From Patescibacteria group bacterium (GTDB lineage: Bacteria; Patescibacteriota; Patescibacteriia; JAHIZJ01), in contig JAQTMH010000001.1 of assembly GCA_028714495.1 (NCBI GenBank), positions 9,721-73,720 on the forward strand: a stretch of DNA of 64,000 nt. The letters are read 5' to 3'. The translations under genes were made by a program, and so were the position numbers. The notes below the pieces were generated by a model. It was given only the letters and a program-made list of their open reading frames with translations, did not search any database and was not told the origin of the DNA. Every line of letters starts with the position of its first letter. Position 1 is the stretch's first letter. Below are positions 38,363 to 48,221 of this stretch, one piece after another.

Positions 38363-39805
38363 TCAGAGCTTTCTAATTACGCCCTCGCTTGCATCCACCT
38401 CCACCTTATCCCCATCCTTAAATACTTTAGTCGCGATTTTTGTGCCGACGATGCATGGTTTATGCAATTCCCGCGCCACAATGGCCGCGTGACAAGTAAT
38501 ACCGCCTTCGTCCGTGACAATCGCCGCGGCTCTCTTCATCACCGGAACGTATTCCGGCAGGGTCATGCCACAGATTAAAACATCCCCACCTTTTACTTTC
38601 CGGCTCGCCTCAGCCACGCCATTGCACACGCGCGCCCGCGCCCGAACAATGCCACTTGTCACACCCAAGCCCTTCAGCTCAGCTACCGCCCGCACAAATG
38701 AGCCAAGCGTCTGCTGCCGTTTTGTCAGAGCGCGACGGCCGCTTAAAATAGTTAAACGGGATTTATTGGCCAGGACAAACATTGTTTTCTTCCTCGTGAC
38801 TAATTCGCGCCGATTAAACTTCTGGCCGCGGAGAAATCGAAATATCTCATGGGAATAAAACCATTCGAGATCCTTGGCTGAAATGCCCAACTGACGCCCC
38901 GCCGCCCGCAGCCAGAGATGAAAGGCGTAGATGCTTCGGCATTGCATTTCTTTACGCCGATCGTGGTAATAGGCGTAACGGTCGAGAACCGCGAGCCAGT
39001 GCCTGATAGCGGATGAAAGTCTATATTTTTTAAGAAGCTTCTTGCGATTCTCGGCCGCGCGCTGAACCAGAGAAGCCATTTTGTTCAATTGCGTCTGACT
39101 GGGACGGTTTTTCCGGAAATGAACAGTCTTCTTAAGATAATCGTCTTCGCGGATAATCCTGGCCTCCTCCCAACCCAAAGGTGTCCACCAATAGCGCTCA
39201 TACAACCTATGAACATCAGCTGTTCTCAATCCCCGCCGAATCGCCTGATCCATGGCTAATTCTTCCTCGGCTACGTAAGTCTGATGAATTGGTGTGGCTA
39301 GTTGCTTGTAAATTTCGGCAAATTTTGCCTCTGACAAACCTTGGGGAAGCTCCTGACGCAGCCTGTCAATCAAGAATGTCTCAAAGACCGCATCCACCGC
39401 GTCAATGTCAAAATCAAGCCAGCCGTGCGCTGGTCCGGTTTCTTGAAAAAGCCACAGATTGAGCTTGATCAACTCGTCGTTGCTCAATCGGCGCAAATCC
39501 ATTTGTCGGACTTTCTCCGAGGCTTGATTCGCGTGCTCAATCAACTTTTGAATATCGCGAAAATGCCTGGCCTGACCGGATTTGGTTGAGCATTTATTTA
39601 TTATTTTTCTCCCCACGGTAAAAAGCTGCCGTTCATCCCAGCCCCAGGTCAAGTTTTGGCCATGCACGGTATAAAGCGCTCGGTCGGCGCGTGACCCGTT
39701 GTACCTAGTGCCGAACACCTGTACCCCCCGTAAGGCGATTTCAAGCCGATAAGCGGGGATGGTGCCGCGGGTGTAGGTAAACCATTTTTGTTTGATAGAA
39801 TTCAT
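38363..39805 (-). CDS. Protein with C-terminal PEP-utilizer phosphohistidine swivel domain (paralog A, 480 aa)
   Basis: C-terminal GGITCHAAIVARELHKPCIVGTKIATKVFKDGDKVEVDASEGVIRK. The N-terminal ~380 aa are helical and R/K-rich with no recognised motif. Confidence 0.7.
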   Translation of the reverse strand: MNSIKQKWFTYTRGTIPAYRLEIALRGVQVFGTRYNGSRADRALYTVHGQNLTWGWDERQLFTVGRKIINKCSTKSGQARHFRDIQKLIEHANQASEKVRQMDLRRLSNDELIKLNLWLFQETGPAHGWLDFDIDAVDAVFETFLIDRLRQELPQGLSEAKFAEIYKQLATPIHQTYVAEEELAMDQAIRRGLRTADVHRLYERYWWTPLGWEEARIIREDDYLKKTVHFRKNRPSQTQLNKMASLVQRAAENRKKLLKKYRLSSAIRHWLAVLDRYAYYHDRRKEMQCRSIYAFHLWLRAAGRQLGISAKDLEWFYSHEIFRFLRGQKFNRRELVTRKKTMFVLANKSRLTILSGRRALTKRQQTLGSFVRAVAELKGLGVTSGIVRARARVCNGVAEASRKVKGGDVLICGMTLPEYVPVMKRAAAIVTDEGGITCHAAIVARELHKPCIVGTKIATKVFKDGDKVEVDASEGVIRKL

Positions 39806-39827
39806 GATTGTAATAGTTAATCAGGCG

Positions 39828-39851
39828 CTATCATGCTATATAGCATGATAG
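39828..39851. repeat. REP-like perfect palindrome between paralogs A and B
   Basis: CTATCATGCTA-TA-TAGCATGATAG. Same CATGCTA-NN-TAGCATG core as 37567-37590. Confidence 0.6.
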
Positions 39852-39860
39852 CATTCACCA

Positions 39861-41309
39861 TTACCTTATCTTTTTTACTATTCCTTTTGTGGCATCAACC
39901 TCAACCCTATCTCCATCCTTCAAAACTTGAGTGGCGATCTTAGTGCCGATGATGCAGGGCTTGCCCATTTCGCGTGAGACAATTGACGCATGGCAGAGAA
40001 TCCCGCCTTCATCAGTGACAAAGGCGGCCGCTTTTTCCATGGCCGATATGAAATTCGGAAAAGTCATGACCGCCACCATGACATCGCCGCGTTTTACTCG
40101 CGATAAATCGCGCGTCGATCGCACGATTCGGACCGTGCCTTTCATCTTTCCTTTATAGGCAACCGTGCCGAAAAACTGTTTATTATCCGGGTGTGTAGAA
40201 AATATCATTCTAAGTCTTTTTTTCCATGTCCGGCCAGAAAAAACGTAATATTTTCCCTCGTGATACCATTCTCCATAAAACTGTTTCCGACGCCGTATTT
40301 CCTCCTTGGAAACAGGCGCCCGACCGGTTTTGGCCATGCGCATCAGTTCAATAAAAGTCAGATAGACAACATCATCTTCAGGAAAGCGCGCGCGTCGGGC
40401 AATTTCATAAAAAAGATTTCGGGCAAAATACCCGGCCGAATATATCGTATCAGAACGCCACGTCCGCAAATAGGCAAATTCTTTCGCTAGTGAAATACAT
40501 GTTTTGAGTATGCGCTGGCGAGTTATTTTTAATTGACGATTTAATGCCTGAGCTCTTTGAAATATCACCCGGCGCTGCGTCTCAATCCTTCGCAACTCAC
40601 GAGCGGGATTTTTCTTTTGCGCTCTAAGCTCTTTTAGACGTATCTCAATGTCTTTTTCGGTCCAGGCGTCATCCCACCAATATCCGCGGGCGCCGATCCA
40701 AGCGAATTTTTCCACATGTTTGGCAAGCCGCAGACGATATGCGGCACGATTCTTCCGAAACAGTTGGAGAAGTTTATACAATGAACGTTCCTCTGTCATA
40801 TGGCTGTTTTCCCTATCTGGAAAAGTTAGCGTGCGTAACCACTCTCTCTTTTTCTCTTCCGGCGCAGGCGGTAATTCATCTAAAATTACCTGGCTAAGGT
40901 ATGAATCTACCACCGCGAGCGGAGTCAGAAAATTATGAGCACATGAAGCGTAACGATGGTATTTCTTTGCATAATATACTAATCGTCTTCGCGGCCAACT
41001 CGAGCATTCCTGCTTTTCCAAGAAATGGGCTAAGCGATCAAGACGCGTAACATGACAGACAAGACGTTGCCTAAATCGACTCAAGAGCTTAACCCCGCCT
41101 CGCTGATATATTTCAGAGAGATTTGCCAGGCAGTGATCGCCGTAGATAAGCGGTCCCTCTGATAACCGAAAAACGTTTTTGACCGGCCAGTGGAATCCGG
41201 CGGCTCGGTAAAAATATTCCCCCGCGTTGTCCGTTATTGAGCGCATAAGCAGGGCTTCACGCCGCGAAACCAGTTGCTGCCACTCGATTTTTTTGATTTT
41301 GTCCAGCAT
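39861..41309 (-). CDS. Protein with C-terminal PEP-utilizer phosphohistidine swivel domain (paralog B, 482 aa)
   Basis: C-terminal GGILCHASIVSREMGKPCIIGTKIATQVLKDGDRVEVDATKGIVKK. Confidence 0.7.
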   Translation of the reverse strand: MLDKIKKIEWQQLVSRREALLMRSITDNAGEYFYRAAGFHWPVKNVFRLSEGPLIYGDHCLANLSEIYQRGGVKLLSRFRQRLVCHVTRLDRLAHFLEKQECSSWPRRRLVYYAKKYHRYASCAHNFLTPLAVVDSYLSQVILDELPPAPEEKKREWLRTLTFPDRENSHMTEERSLYKLLQLFRKNRAAYRLRLAKHVEKFAWIGARGYWWDDAWTEKDIEIRLKELRAQKKNPARELRRIETQRRVIFQRAQALNRQLKITRQRILKTCISLAKEFAYLRTWRSDTIYSAGYFARNLFYEIARRARFPEDDVVYLTFIELMRMAKTGRAPVSKEEIRRRKQFYGEWYHEGKYYVFSGRTWKKRLRMIFSTHPDNKQFFGTVAYKGKMKGTVRIVRSTRDLSRVKRGDVMVAVMTFPNFISAMEKAAAFVTDEGGILCHASIVSREMGKPCIIGTKIATQVLKDGDRVEVDATKGIVKKIR

Positions 41310-41310
41310 A

Positions 41311-42825
41311 TTATATTCGTTTTACTATCCCCTTAGTCGCATCAACCTCCACACGATCTCCATCTTTAAATACCTTGGTCGCGATTTTTGTGCCAATCAC
41401 ACAGGGCACGCCGAGCTCGCGCGAGATAATGGCGGCATGCGAAGTTATTCCGCCAGCATCTGTTACGATAGCTGATGCTCTTCGCATGGCTGGAACTAAT
41501 TCTGGAGAAGTTGCCGGTGATATAATAATGTCTCCAGCATCGAATTTCGCCAGATCAGAAGCACTGCGCAGAATAACCGCGTGGCCTTGCGCCCGGCCCG
41601 TACAAGCGCACATGCCCGTCAACTCCCGATAAGTCCCTCTAACTTTTAACGAGTTATTAATCTCATTTATCACCCGTTTGGCCTGATTGGCTGGTAAAAC
41701 ACTCCACTTTAAGCCATCAAGCCAAACCACGGTTTCCTTGGCTCGTTTGAGTAATTCCTTCCGGGTGTAATGTTTTTGAATCAAGACTCGACGCATTTCC
41801 CAAGGAGCCAGCGATTGAATGGCAATCAAAGGGACATTAATTCGTCTGGCTATTTCAACCAGCAGCTCATGAATTAAATATTGGCCTTGAACCGTCAACT
41901 TCTTACGCCAACGTTTCAAGCCGCCAATGTCCCGCAAGGTGATAAATTTACGGCGCTGGCTTGAATCCATTTTTAATCGCTTAAACCAGACGGCCTGCTT
42001 CTGCCTAACCGTTTTATCCGCATGTTTCAGGGCACTCAATTGTTTCTGAAGCTGTCGGCGTGGCTGGCTGGCGTGGCGGAGAATATCATCAAGCGTTTCT
42101 AGAAGTCTTTTTTTGGGGCCGCTGTAACCATACGACAAATAAGCAAACCGCTCATGGTAGGCGGAAATTCGCTTCAGGGTTTTTGAATCATTTTTCTGCA
42201 AGTAGGATAATAAAGCTTCTGGAGATTTGGATTTATTAATATCTGACCGTAAGACTATTTTTATTAGCTCAATTTCAGCCAGCCGGTTTTCATTTTCACC
42301 AACCGGCGTGGTCAGGACCGTAAAGATAGTCCCAGCATCTGATCGTAATCTTTTCGGCGCGGCTGTTTGAAGATATTCATATAGCGGACCGGACAAAACC
42401 GGCTCCTCAAACTCCATCACTGTTCCATAGGTACTGGCGGCCAAAATCCCCTGGGCTAATTTTGACCATTGCTCGTATAATTTTAATAGTTCAATATTGG
42501 CCAGGCTTCGCAAATCTGTCTGGTAAATCTTCTGTGATAGCTTTAAAAACGGTTTAATCAATCGGCGAGTTGTCTGCCACATCCAGGGTAAAAATTTTCG
42601 ATCGGTTTCCAGGCGCTCGAGGATTTTTCGGCCAGGTTCAGCTAAGCCGTTTTTTACCACGCATTCGCGAACCGAACGGCCATGGTAAATTAAAGCGATC
42701 GGTCCGGATCGGGCGCCGACCTTGTGTGAGGCGATTGACGCGCCCATGTAATAAAGCGTCATGGGAAAATTTGCCGCCGGCTCTTCATCAAGCTGTACCC
42801 ATTGACGCGAAATGACCTTGCTCAT
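41311..42825 (-). CDS. Protein with C-terminal PEP-utilizer phosphohistidine swivel domain (paralog C, 504 aa)
   Basis: C-terminal GGITSHAAIISRELGVPCVIGTKIATKVFKDGDRVEVDATKGIVKRI. 1-nt spacing to paralog B. Confidence 0.7.
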   Translation of the reverse strand: MSKVISRQWVQLDEEPAANFPMTLYYMGASIASHKVGARSGPIALIYHGRSVRECVVKNGLAEPGRKILERLETDRKFLPWMWQTTRRLIKPFLKLSQKIYQTDLRSLANIELLKLYEQWSKLAQGILAASTYGTVMEFEEPVLSGPLYEYLQTAAPKRLRSDAGTIFTVLTTPVGENENRLAEIELIKIVLRSDINKSKSPEALLSYLQKNDSKTLKRISAYHERFAYLSYGYSGPKKRLLETLDDILRHASQPRRQLQKQLSALKHADKTVRQKQAVWFKRLKMDSSQRRKFITLRDIGGLKRWRKKLTVQGQYLIHELLVEIARRINVPLIAIQSLAPWEMRRVLIQKHYTRKELLKRAKETVVWLDGLKWSVLPANQAKRVINEINNSLKVRGTYRELTGMCACTGRAQGHAVILRSASDLAKFDAGDIIISPATSPELVPAMRRASAIVTDAGGITSHAAIISRELGVPCVIGTKIATKVFKDGDRVEVDATKGIVKRI

Positions 42826-42827
42826 AC

Positions 42828-43754
42828 TTATATTACCTTTTTAATCTGTAATTCCCGGCGCGAGAGGAAAAAGAAAAACCCCACCACGATAAATGTTATG
42901 ACCGGCGATACCCAGGAAGAAACGTGAATCTCAAAGCTTTCCAAAATCATAATCAAACCTAAGAGGCCAATCGAGTACATTGCGCCGTTTTTCAAATAGG
43001 CGTATTTCTTTACTGTGTTAATTCCATGCACGGTTAAATATCGGACAATAAACGCACCGATGCCATTGCCCACAATGATCAGCGGAACGGAGATCGTGAA
43101 TGCGAACGCGCCCAGCACGCCATCAATTGAAAAAGAGGCATCAATCAATTCTAGGTACAAAACCTTGCTGATATCACTTAAATGGCCGTGCATTAGCTGT
43201 TTTTCCTTTTCTTCCGCGTTCCTCTTGAAACCGCTGACGATAAAAAAGGCCGTTGATCCAACCACGGCGCCAAGTGAAATAAGAGGATTAAGCCTGATGG
43301 TCGACCAGACGATTACCAGCAGAATAACCGAAGCGATGGCGTAAAACCAAAAACCAAGCTTGTGGTGAATATGCCGCTCGATGAAAAAGGCGTATTTCTT
43401 TTCTTCGAGAAAAAGCCAATGCAAAAAGAGGAAAATGAGAAAAATGCCGCCACCAGCCAAAAGCACCGGCGCCTGTTTCTCAATCGCTTCTTTGGCGCCG
43501 CCGCCTTGGGAAAACGTCGCGATGAAAGCCTCCCCGATGCTCAAGCCCGGCGTGGAAAGATAGACGATCAAGAGCGGCAGAAGTCCGCGGATGACAAATA
43601 CGGCGAAAAATATACCGTAAATCAAAAACCATCGCCGCCAGCGCGCCGACATAGTACCGAGGATGTCTGCGTTCACAACCGCGTTATCAACACTGGTGAT
43701 TGTTTCAAACAAAACTAGTCCTACAACAACGACGATGATACTTTCTAGGCCCAT
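42828..43754 (-). CDS. Integral membrane protein, DUF475/TerC-like
   Basis: About 8 TM helices. LYLELIDASFSIDGVLGAFAFT matches the DUF475 conserved segment. Confidence 0.5.
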   Translation of the reverse strand: MGLESIIVVVVGLVLFETITSVDNAVVNADILGTMSARWRRWFLIYGIFFAVFVIRGLLPLLIVYLSTPGLSIGEAFIATFSQGGGAKEAIEKQAPVLLAGGGIFLIFLFLHWLFLEEKKYAFFIERHIHHKLGFWFYAIASVILLVIVWSTIRLNPLISLGAVVGSTAFFIVSGFKRNAEEKEKQLMHGHLSDISKVLYLELIDASFSIDGVLGAFAFTISVPLIIVGNGIGAFIVRYLTVHGINTVKKYAYLKNGAMYSIGLLGLIMILESFEIHVSSWVSPVITFIVVGFFFFLSRRELQIKKVI

Positions 43755-43890
43755 TTATTAAAAAGTTTGCGTTATTTATGCTTAAATAATAAGCTATTAT
43801 TGGTCATTTGTCCATCGGTAATCGGTATTGATACAAACGTAGGCGAGGATGATCATCCTCGCCTACTGCGAAACTATTATCCAAAATTAT

Positions 43891-45306
43891 TTATGTCACC
43901 AGCGTCAGCCGGTCCTTTTCTTTCCTTATCGTTGCCCACTTAAAAGTGCCGGTGACTGTATCGATAAAAGACGCCTTCAGGTATTTTCGGCCGAGAAGAT
44001 TGGCCAGTTTGGTGGCAATTCTGGCTGAATCAGACTCCAGCATCCCGATTTTGTTTCTTAGAATATACTGCAACCACAGGCTGTAAAAAATCGGGTCAGC
44101 CGGCATCTTGCTAAATTGATCCTCTGCCTCGACGCCGTATTTATCCTTGAGCGACTGGCGAAAACCCGCGTCAGCGGCCATGACCGTGAAGAAGTCCTGG
44201 GTTTTAGCCAAAACAATCAAAAAGGCCACCAGTTTAATCCGATCGCGCTTCTGAATCACCTCATCCAATTCTTGCCTAACATTAAGCGTGCCCTGGCCGA
44301 CTTGAGCTAGAATTGCCCTTTCTTCCTCGGCAATCGCTCTCTGCTCTTCGGGATTCTGGGTGTAGGCCTTGATTATATCTCTTGTCTGCAAATGTCTAGC
44401 TGTCTCTGGCTTAGTAATTTGTTTTTCCTCAATCTCTGGCTTTAACCGGTTAGTTGTTATCCTGTCAGTATCAATATTGTCTGGCGCGTTTCCTGTCTTA
44501 GTCTTTACTGGCGACATTGCGAGATATTTTGCCACCTCGGTTATATTCATCTTTTCTTTTTTATATTCCTCATATTTGTCTAAAACACCTCCGCGAATCG
44601 CCCCAATTGCATCTTCTTCATCGATGTCAGCCACCGACTCAAAACCGGCAGGATCATCAGATGGTGTCTTCAGCTTTTCAACCAAAATTAAAAGCGAACG
44701 CAATTTTTCTCGAGAGTCGGCAGAAATATTTTTCGTGTTAGGACTATTAACTAAGTAATCGGCAAGTTGTACTATCGGGATGCTCTTAGTGCCTAGATTG
44801 ATTACCGAATCTATAAGCCAGCTTTTGATCGTGCCCTTTTGTTCCACCCCGTCCTTAGTCACGGTCTCGGGAGTAAAAATCTCATTATTCTCCCTCAAGG
44901 CTTCAATAATTTTCCTTTTGTACAGGTTGCGGCTTTCCAGCGTCACCATGCTCACGAGAAGGCTTTTTATTTTTTGCCAGGGATCGTAATCAGGTATTTC
45001 ATAAACTAGCGAAAAATGGTTTTTAAAAAATTCTAAAGCCTTGTCTTCGGGATATTGCGTCAATGCGATAAAATTGAGTTTCCACTGCAGTCTGTCGTAT
45101 CCGCGATAAAGCTCGGGCGAGCTTGTCTCCAAGTCGCTCTGGAGTTCCAGCAATCGTTTGATGTTATCTGCCAACATAAAAGCCCCCTCGCTATTGTCAA
45201 ACTTAGCGAATTTTTCATAATACGACTGAAATTCTCTCAGGGTTTCCGGTTTTCGCAAATCCGGCAATTCAACTGGCGGTTTTTTAGTTGCGGAATTGAT
45301 AGCCAT
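43891..45306 (-). CDS. Hypothetical protein (471 aa)
   Basis: Soluble, charged, helical. No recognised motif. Last gene of the giant-protein operon direction. Confidence 0.45.
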   Translation of the reverse strand: MAINSATKKPPVELPDLRKPETLREFQSYYEKFAKFDNSEGAFMLADNIKRLLELQSDLETSSPELYRGYDRLQWKLNFIALTQYPEDKALEFFKNHFSLVYEIPDYDPWQKIKSLLVSMVTLESRNLYKRKIIEALRENNEIFTPETVTKDGVEQKGTIKSWLIDSVINLGTKSIPIVQLADYLVNSPNTKNISADSREKLRSLLILVEKLKTPSDDPAGFESVADIDEEDAIGAIRGGVLDKYEEYKKEKMNITEVAKYLAMSPVKTKTGNAPDNIDTDRITTNRLKPEIEEKQITKPETARHLQTRDIIKAYTQNPEEQRAIAEEERAILAQVGQGTLNVRQELDEVIQKRDRIKLVAFLIVLAKTQDFFTVMAADAGFRQSLKDKYGVEAEDQFSKMPADPIFYSLWLQYILRNKIGMLESDSARIATKLANLLGRKYLKASFIDTVTGTFKWATIRKEKDRLTLVT

Positions 45307-45329
45307 ACTATTAATATATACCTCAATCT

Positions 45330-48212
45330 TTAAGTAACAGACCTTTTAACATCATGAGCGCGCAGGGTTTCACCAACCTGTCTGATCTTTTCCATTTCGT
45401 CCGTAGACACGCCTCCTTCTTCCGGCTGGGTAGCGGCAAAGTGTTGCAACTGGATTAAAGCATTATCATATTCCTCTAACTTAACATCGACATATTTCTT
45501 CTGAAATACCGGGACCTTAGCATCAATAATCTTGCCATCGCTTCCCAGATACTCTTTCTTCAATTCGGGTGATGCTTCTTTGCTTCTAAGATAACGCTCG
45601 AGCGTACTCCTAGTTTCTGCTTCGGATTTCAGGGTTCTCTCGGTCATTTCGCGCAATGGCCCGGTCAATAAATCCATATTGTATCTGACCAGGTGTGCCG
45701 CGGCATTGGCGTTATATCGCTCTTTTCCAATCAGACTGCTGATAGCTGGAAATTTCTCCACGAACATCGAAGCCCCAGCCTGATTAAACCGTGAATATCG
45801 ACCCTTTGAGGGATCTTTCGGATCATACAGAAATTCATCGCAGGGTGATAATCGACTCGACCTACGCATATGATTTTCGAAATCCATTTTCGACTGCTCA
45901 ATTTTTGACCGCGTCTGCTGGTCATCTGTCGCCCGCTGAAAGAATTTGCCTCGCCTCGAACCAACTCCCTCGATAATTCCGTCATGTCCAGTCTCATAGG
46001 CGATTTTGCTGACGTCACTCTGGAGTCCAAAAGCGGTTTGCTTGTCCTGCCCTAGCTGCCTGACGAACGCTTCCTGGACAAAGGCGCTTAAGCCTCTCTG
46101 GCTATATTCAAAGTGGTCGCCAACCTCGGCAAATGGATTACCTTTATTGTCAAACTGTTTTTCTATCTGTTCTTTGGTCAATTCATGTTTTTTGATATAA
46201 GCCCTCATGTCATTCTCATTCATTACGCCTTCTCCGGCAATTCCTCTAGCCGCATCGCCCCGATGGTGATAATAGTTTGTCGTCGCCGCCGGTCCATAAT
46301 TACATAATTCATTTTCATGCCCGACTTTTGCCGCTTGGAGAAAAATTCCTCTAGCCGCATCAGCATCTCCGCGCGCCATAGCGCCATTGAACGAATCTAT
46401 CAATTCATCGGCAACGTTTGTCGGATATTTCTTTCTTTCCTCCTCGTCCTTAATCCGCCTCATTTGTTGATACAGAGTATCCCGAGGCGCATACCCCTCC
46501 CAGTGCGCTATATCTTTTTTTAAACGATTCACTTGCGAACTCGCGCTGTCCCTTCTCCTGACTGCCGCTATATATTCATCTCCGCCATGTTTCTCAGCTA
46601 ATTCCTTCTGGACCTGGGCAACTATTCTCGGATCATTGATATCTTTTATTCCTGTCTTATCGGCAATTTCACGCTGTCTATTTAAGTATTCAAATGCCAG
46701 CGCGGGGTTTTTTGCCACTGCTTCTTCTATATCTTTTGTCGCTTTATCAGCGCTGCTTAGACCTTTTTCCTTTTCTCGAAGATCTTCGTCTTTTTTCTTT
46801 AACATACCCTTATGGACCAGGGTCTTTAAACCATGAGAATAAGCAAAACCTCGAAAATATGTCGTAACCAGAGAAGGCGCAGCCGCCCCTAATAACGGAG
46901 CTGTGAGGCCGCCTTTCATTAGTCTTTCCTCGGCATACATCTGTTTGAGAAAATCCTCCTCGCCGCGCTTACCAGCCATTCCCCGTTTGATGTTCTGATA
47001 CACATCCACGGGATTGAGCGGCAGACCTTTTAATCTTTCTCCGCCCAGCCATTTTGGCAAACGGCCGGCTGAAGCCTTTCTTGAAAGCCAGTTATAACCT
47101 TGAAACGGCGCCTTGGCGATCCTCGAAGAAACCCCCTGCCTGACTGACTGGGCGAGATTACCACCCAGAGTTTTTAATTCGTTCGCCGCCATGCTCGCCG
47201 CGAAGAGCAAAGCCACGGCCACGATATAATTCATCAAATTTTTCGAACTGGAAATGTCTGAAATCGCCGCGGAGATGCCTAACGGGTTCACTGAATCCTC
47301 GGTGGTTGTAAGACTGTTATTCGCGCCAGCGCTTGCCAATTCTTCACCCGCCTGCCCGGGATGAGCCGGATTAGATAATACGGTCATGGCCAACCACAGG
47401 AAAAAAGCCAAAACAGGCCCCACTACCAAATATTGTCCGAACATCTTCCACCACTTCGAAGCCAGGGACTTCATCTTGTCCATGGCCTCGCCCAGATAAG
47501 CCAACGGCGACAATACCACTAAAATCCATAACATTAGAATCCGCCCCAGCAGAATAATCGTTACCATCAGCACCGCCCCGATCATAATGGCCAGCAAAAT
47601 AATGCCTAAGATGATGGCGCCGATCACCTCGCCCACCTCGACCTTCTGGTCGCCGATCTGCTCGGAAAACATCAAAATTTTCTGCAGGCCCGCCCCGCTG
47701 GTCAGATTACCCGCCGCCGCGTCCTTAAAGGCGTTGACAAAAGTCATCATGATGACTTGCGACAAGTCAATGAAAAATCCGGCAATCGACTTCGAGAAAT
47801 TTATCAGGAAAGCCATGAGGATAAATTTCGGCAAGGAGCGTTTGTAATGATACGATTCGATCCTCATGACCGTGCCCCAGGCGATGATCAGCAGGACTAT
47901 TATTAGCAGCATGTTGCAAAGATCGCGCACCGCTACCCAGCCCTTTTCAACCGCGTATGACCTGACGAAATTATTAAACTTGGCGACTGTCAACATTATG
48001 TCGATCAGCACCAGCAATAATTTACCAAGCAAGGAGAGTATGGTAAATAGGACTTTTGCCAAAAAATTAGCCAACGTTTCATCCAATGGACCAAACAGGC
48101 CTGCCCGCGCCGGGGACCAGGCAACCAAAACTCCTATCAATATAAAAACTACCGAGCCGATAATCAGCCAGCGCCGCGTCTTTTGACTGGGATGGAAATC
48201 TAATCTAAGCAT
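45330..48212 (-). CDS. Polytopic membrane protein (960 aa) with large hydrophilic C-terminal domain; possibly VirB6/TrbL-like
   Basis: Seven to eight TM helices in the first ~330 aa, then ~600 aa charged/helical. 10-nt gap to the giant gene. The VirB6 analogy rests on topology only. Confidence 0.5.
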   Translation of the reverse strand: MLRLDFHPSQKTRRWLIIGSVVFILIGVLVAWSPARAGLFGPLDETLANFLAKVLFTILSLLGKLLLVLIDIMLTVAKFNNFVRSYAVEKGWVAVRDLCNMLLIIVLLIIAWGTVMRIESYHYKRSLPKFILMAFLINFSKSIAGFFIDLSQVIMMTFVNAFKDAAAGNLTSGAGLQKILMFSEQIGDQKVEVGEVIGAIILGIILLAIMIGAVLMVTIILLGRILMLWILVVLSPLAYLGEAMDKMKSLASKWWKMFGQYLVVGPVLAFFLWLAMTVLSNPAHPGQAGEELASAGANNSLTTTEDSVNPLGISAAISDISSSKNLMNYIVAVALLFAASMAANELKTLGGNLAQSVRQGVSSRIAKAPFQGYNWLSRKASAGRLPKWLGGERLKGLPLNPVDVYQNIKRGMAGKRGEEDFLKQMYAEERLMKGGLTAPLLGAAAPSLVTTYFRGFAYSHGLKTLVHKGMLKKKDEDLREKEKGLSSADKATKDIEEAVAKNPALAFEYLNRQREIADKTGIKDINDPRIVAQVQKELAEKHGGDEYIAAVRRRDSASSQVNRLKKDIAHWEGYAPRDTLYQQMRRIKDEEERKKYPTNVADELIDSFNGAMARGDADAARGIFLQAAKVGHENELCNYGPAATTNYYHHRGDAARGIAGEGVMNENDMRAYIKKHELTKEQIEKQFDNKGNPFAEVGDHFEYSQRGLSAFVQEAFVRQLGQDKQTAFGLQSDVSKIAYETGHDGIIEGVGSRRGKFFQRATDDQQTRSKIEQSKMDFENHMRRSSRLSPCDEFLYDPKDPSKGRYSRFNQAGASMFVEKFPAISSLIGKERYNANAAAHLVRYNMDLLTGPLREMTERTLKSEAETRSTLERYLRSKEASPELKKEYLGSDGKIIDAKVPVFQKKYVDVKLEEYDNALIQLQHFAATQPEEGGVSTDEMEKIRQVGETLRAHDVKRSVT

Positions 48213-48221
48213 TATGAAAAT

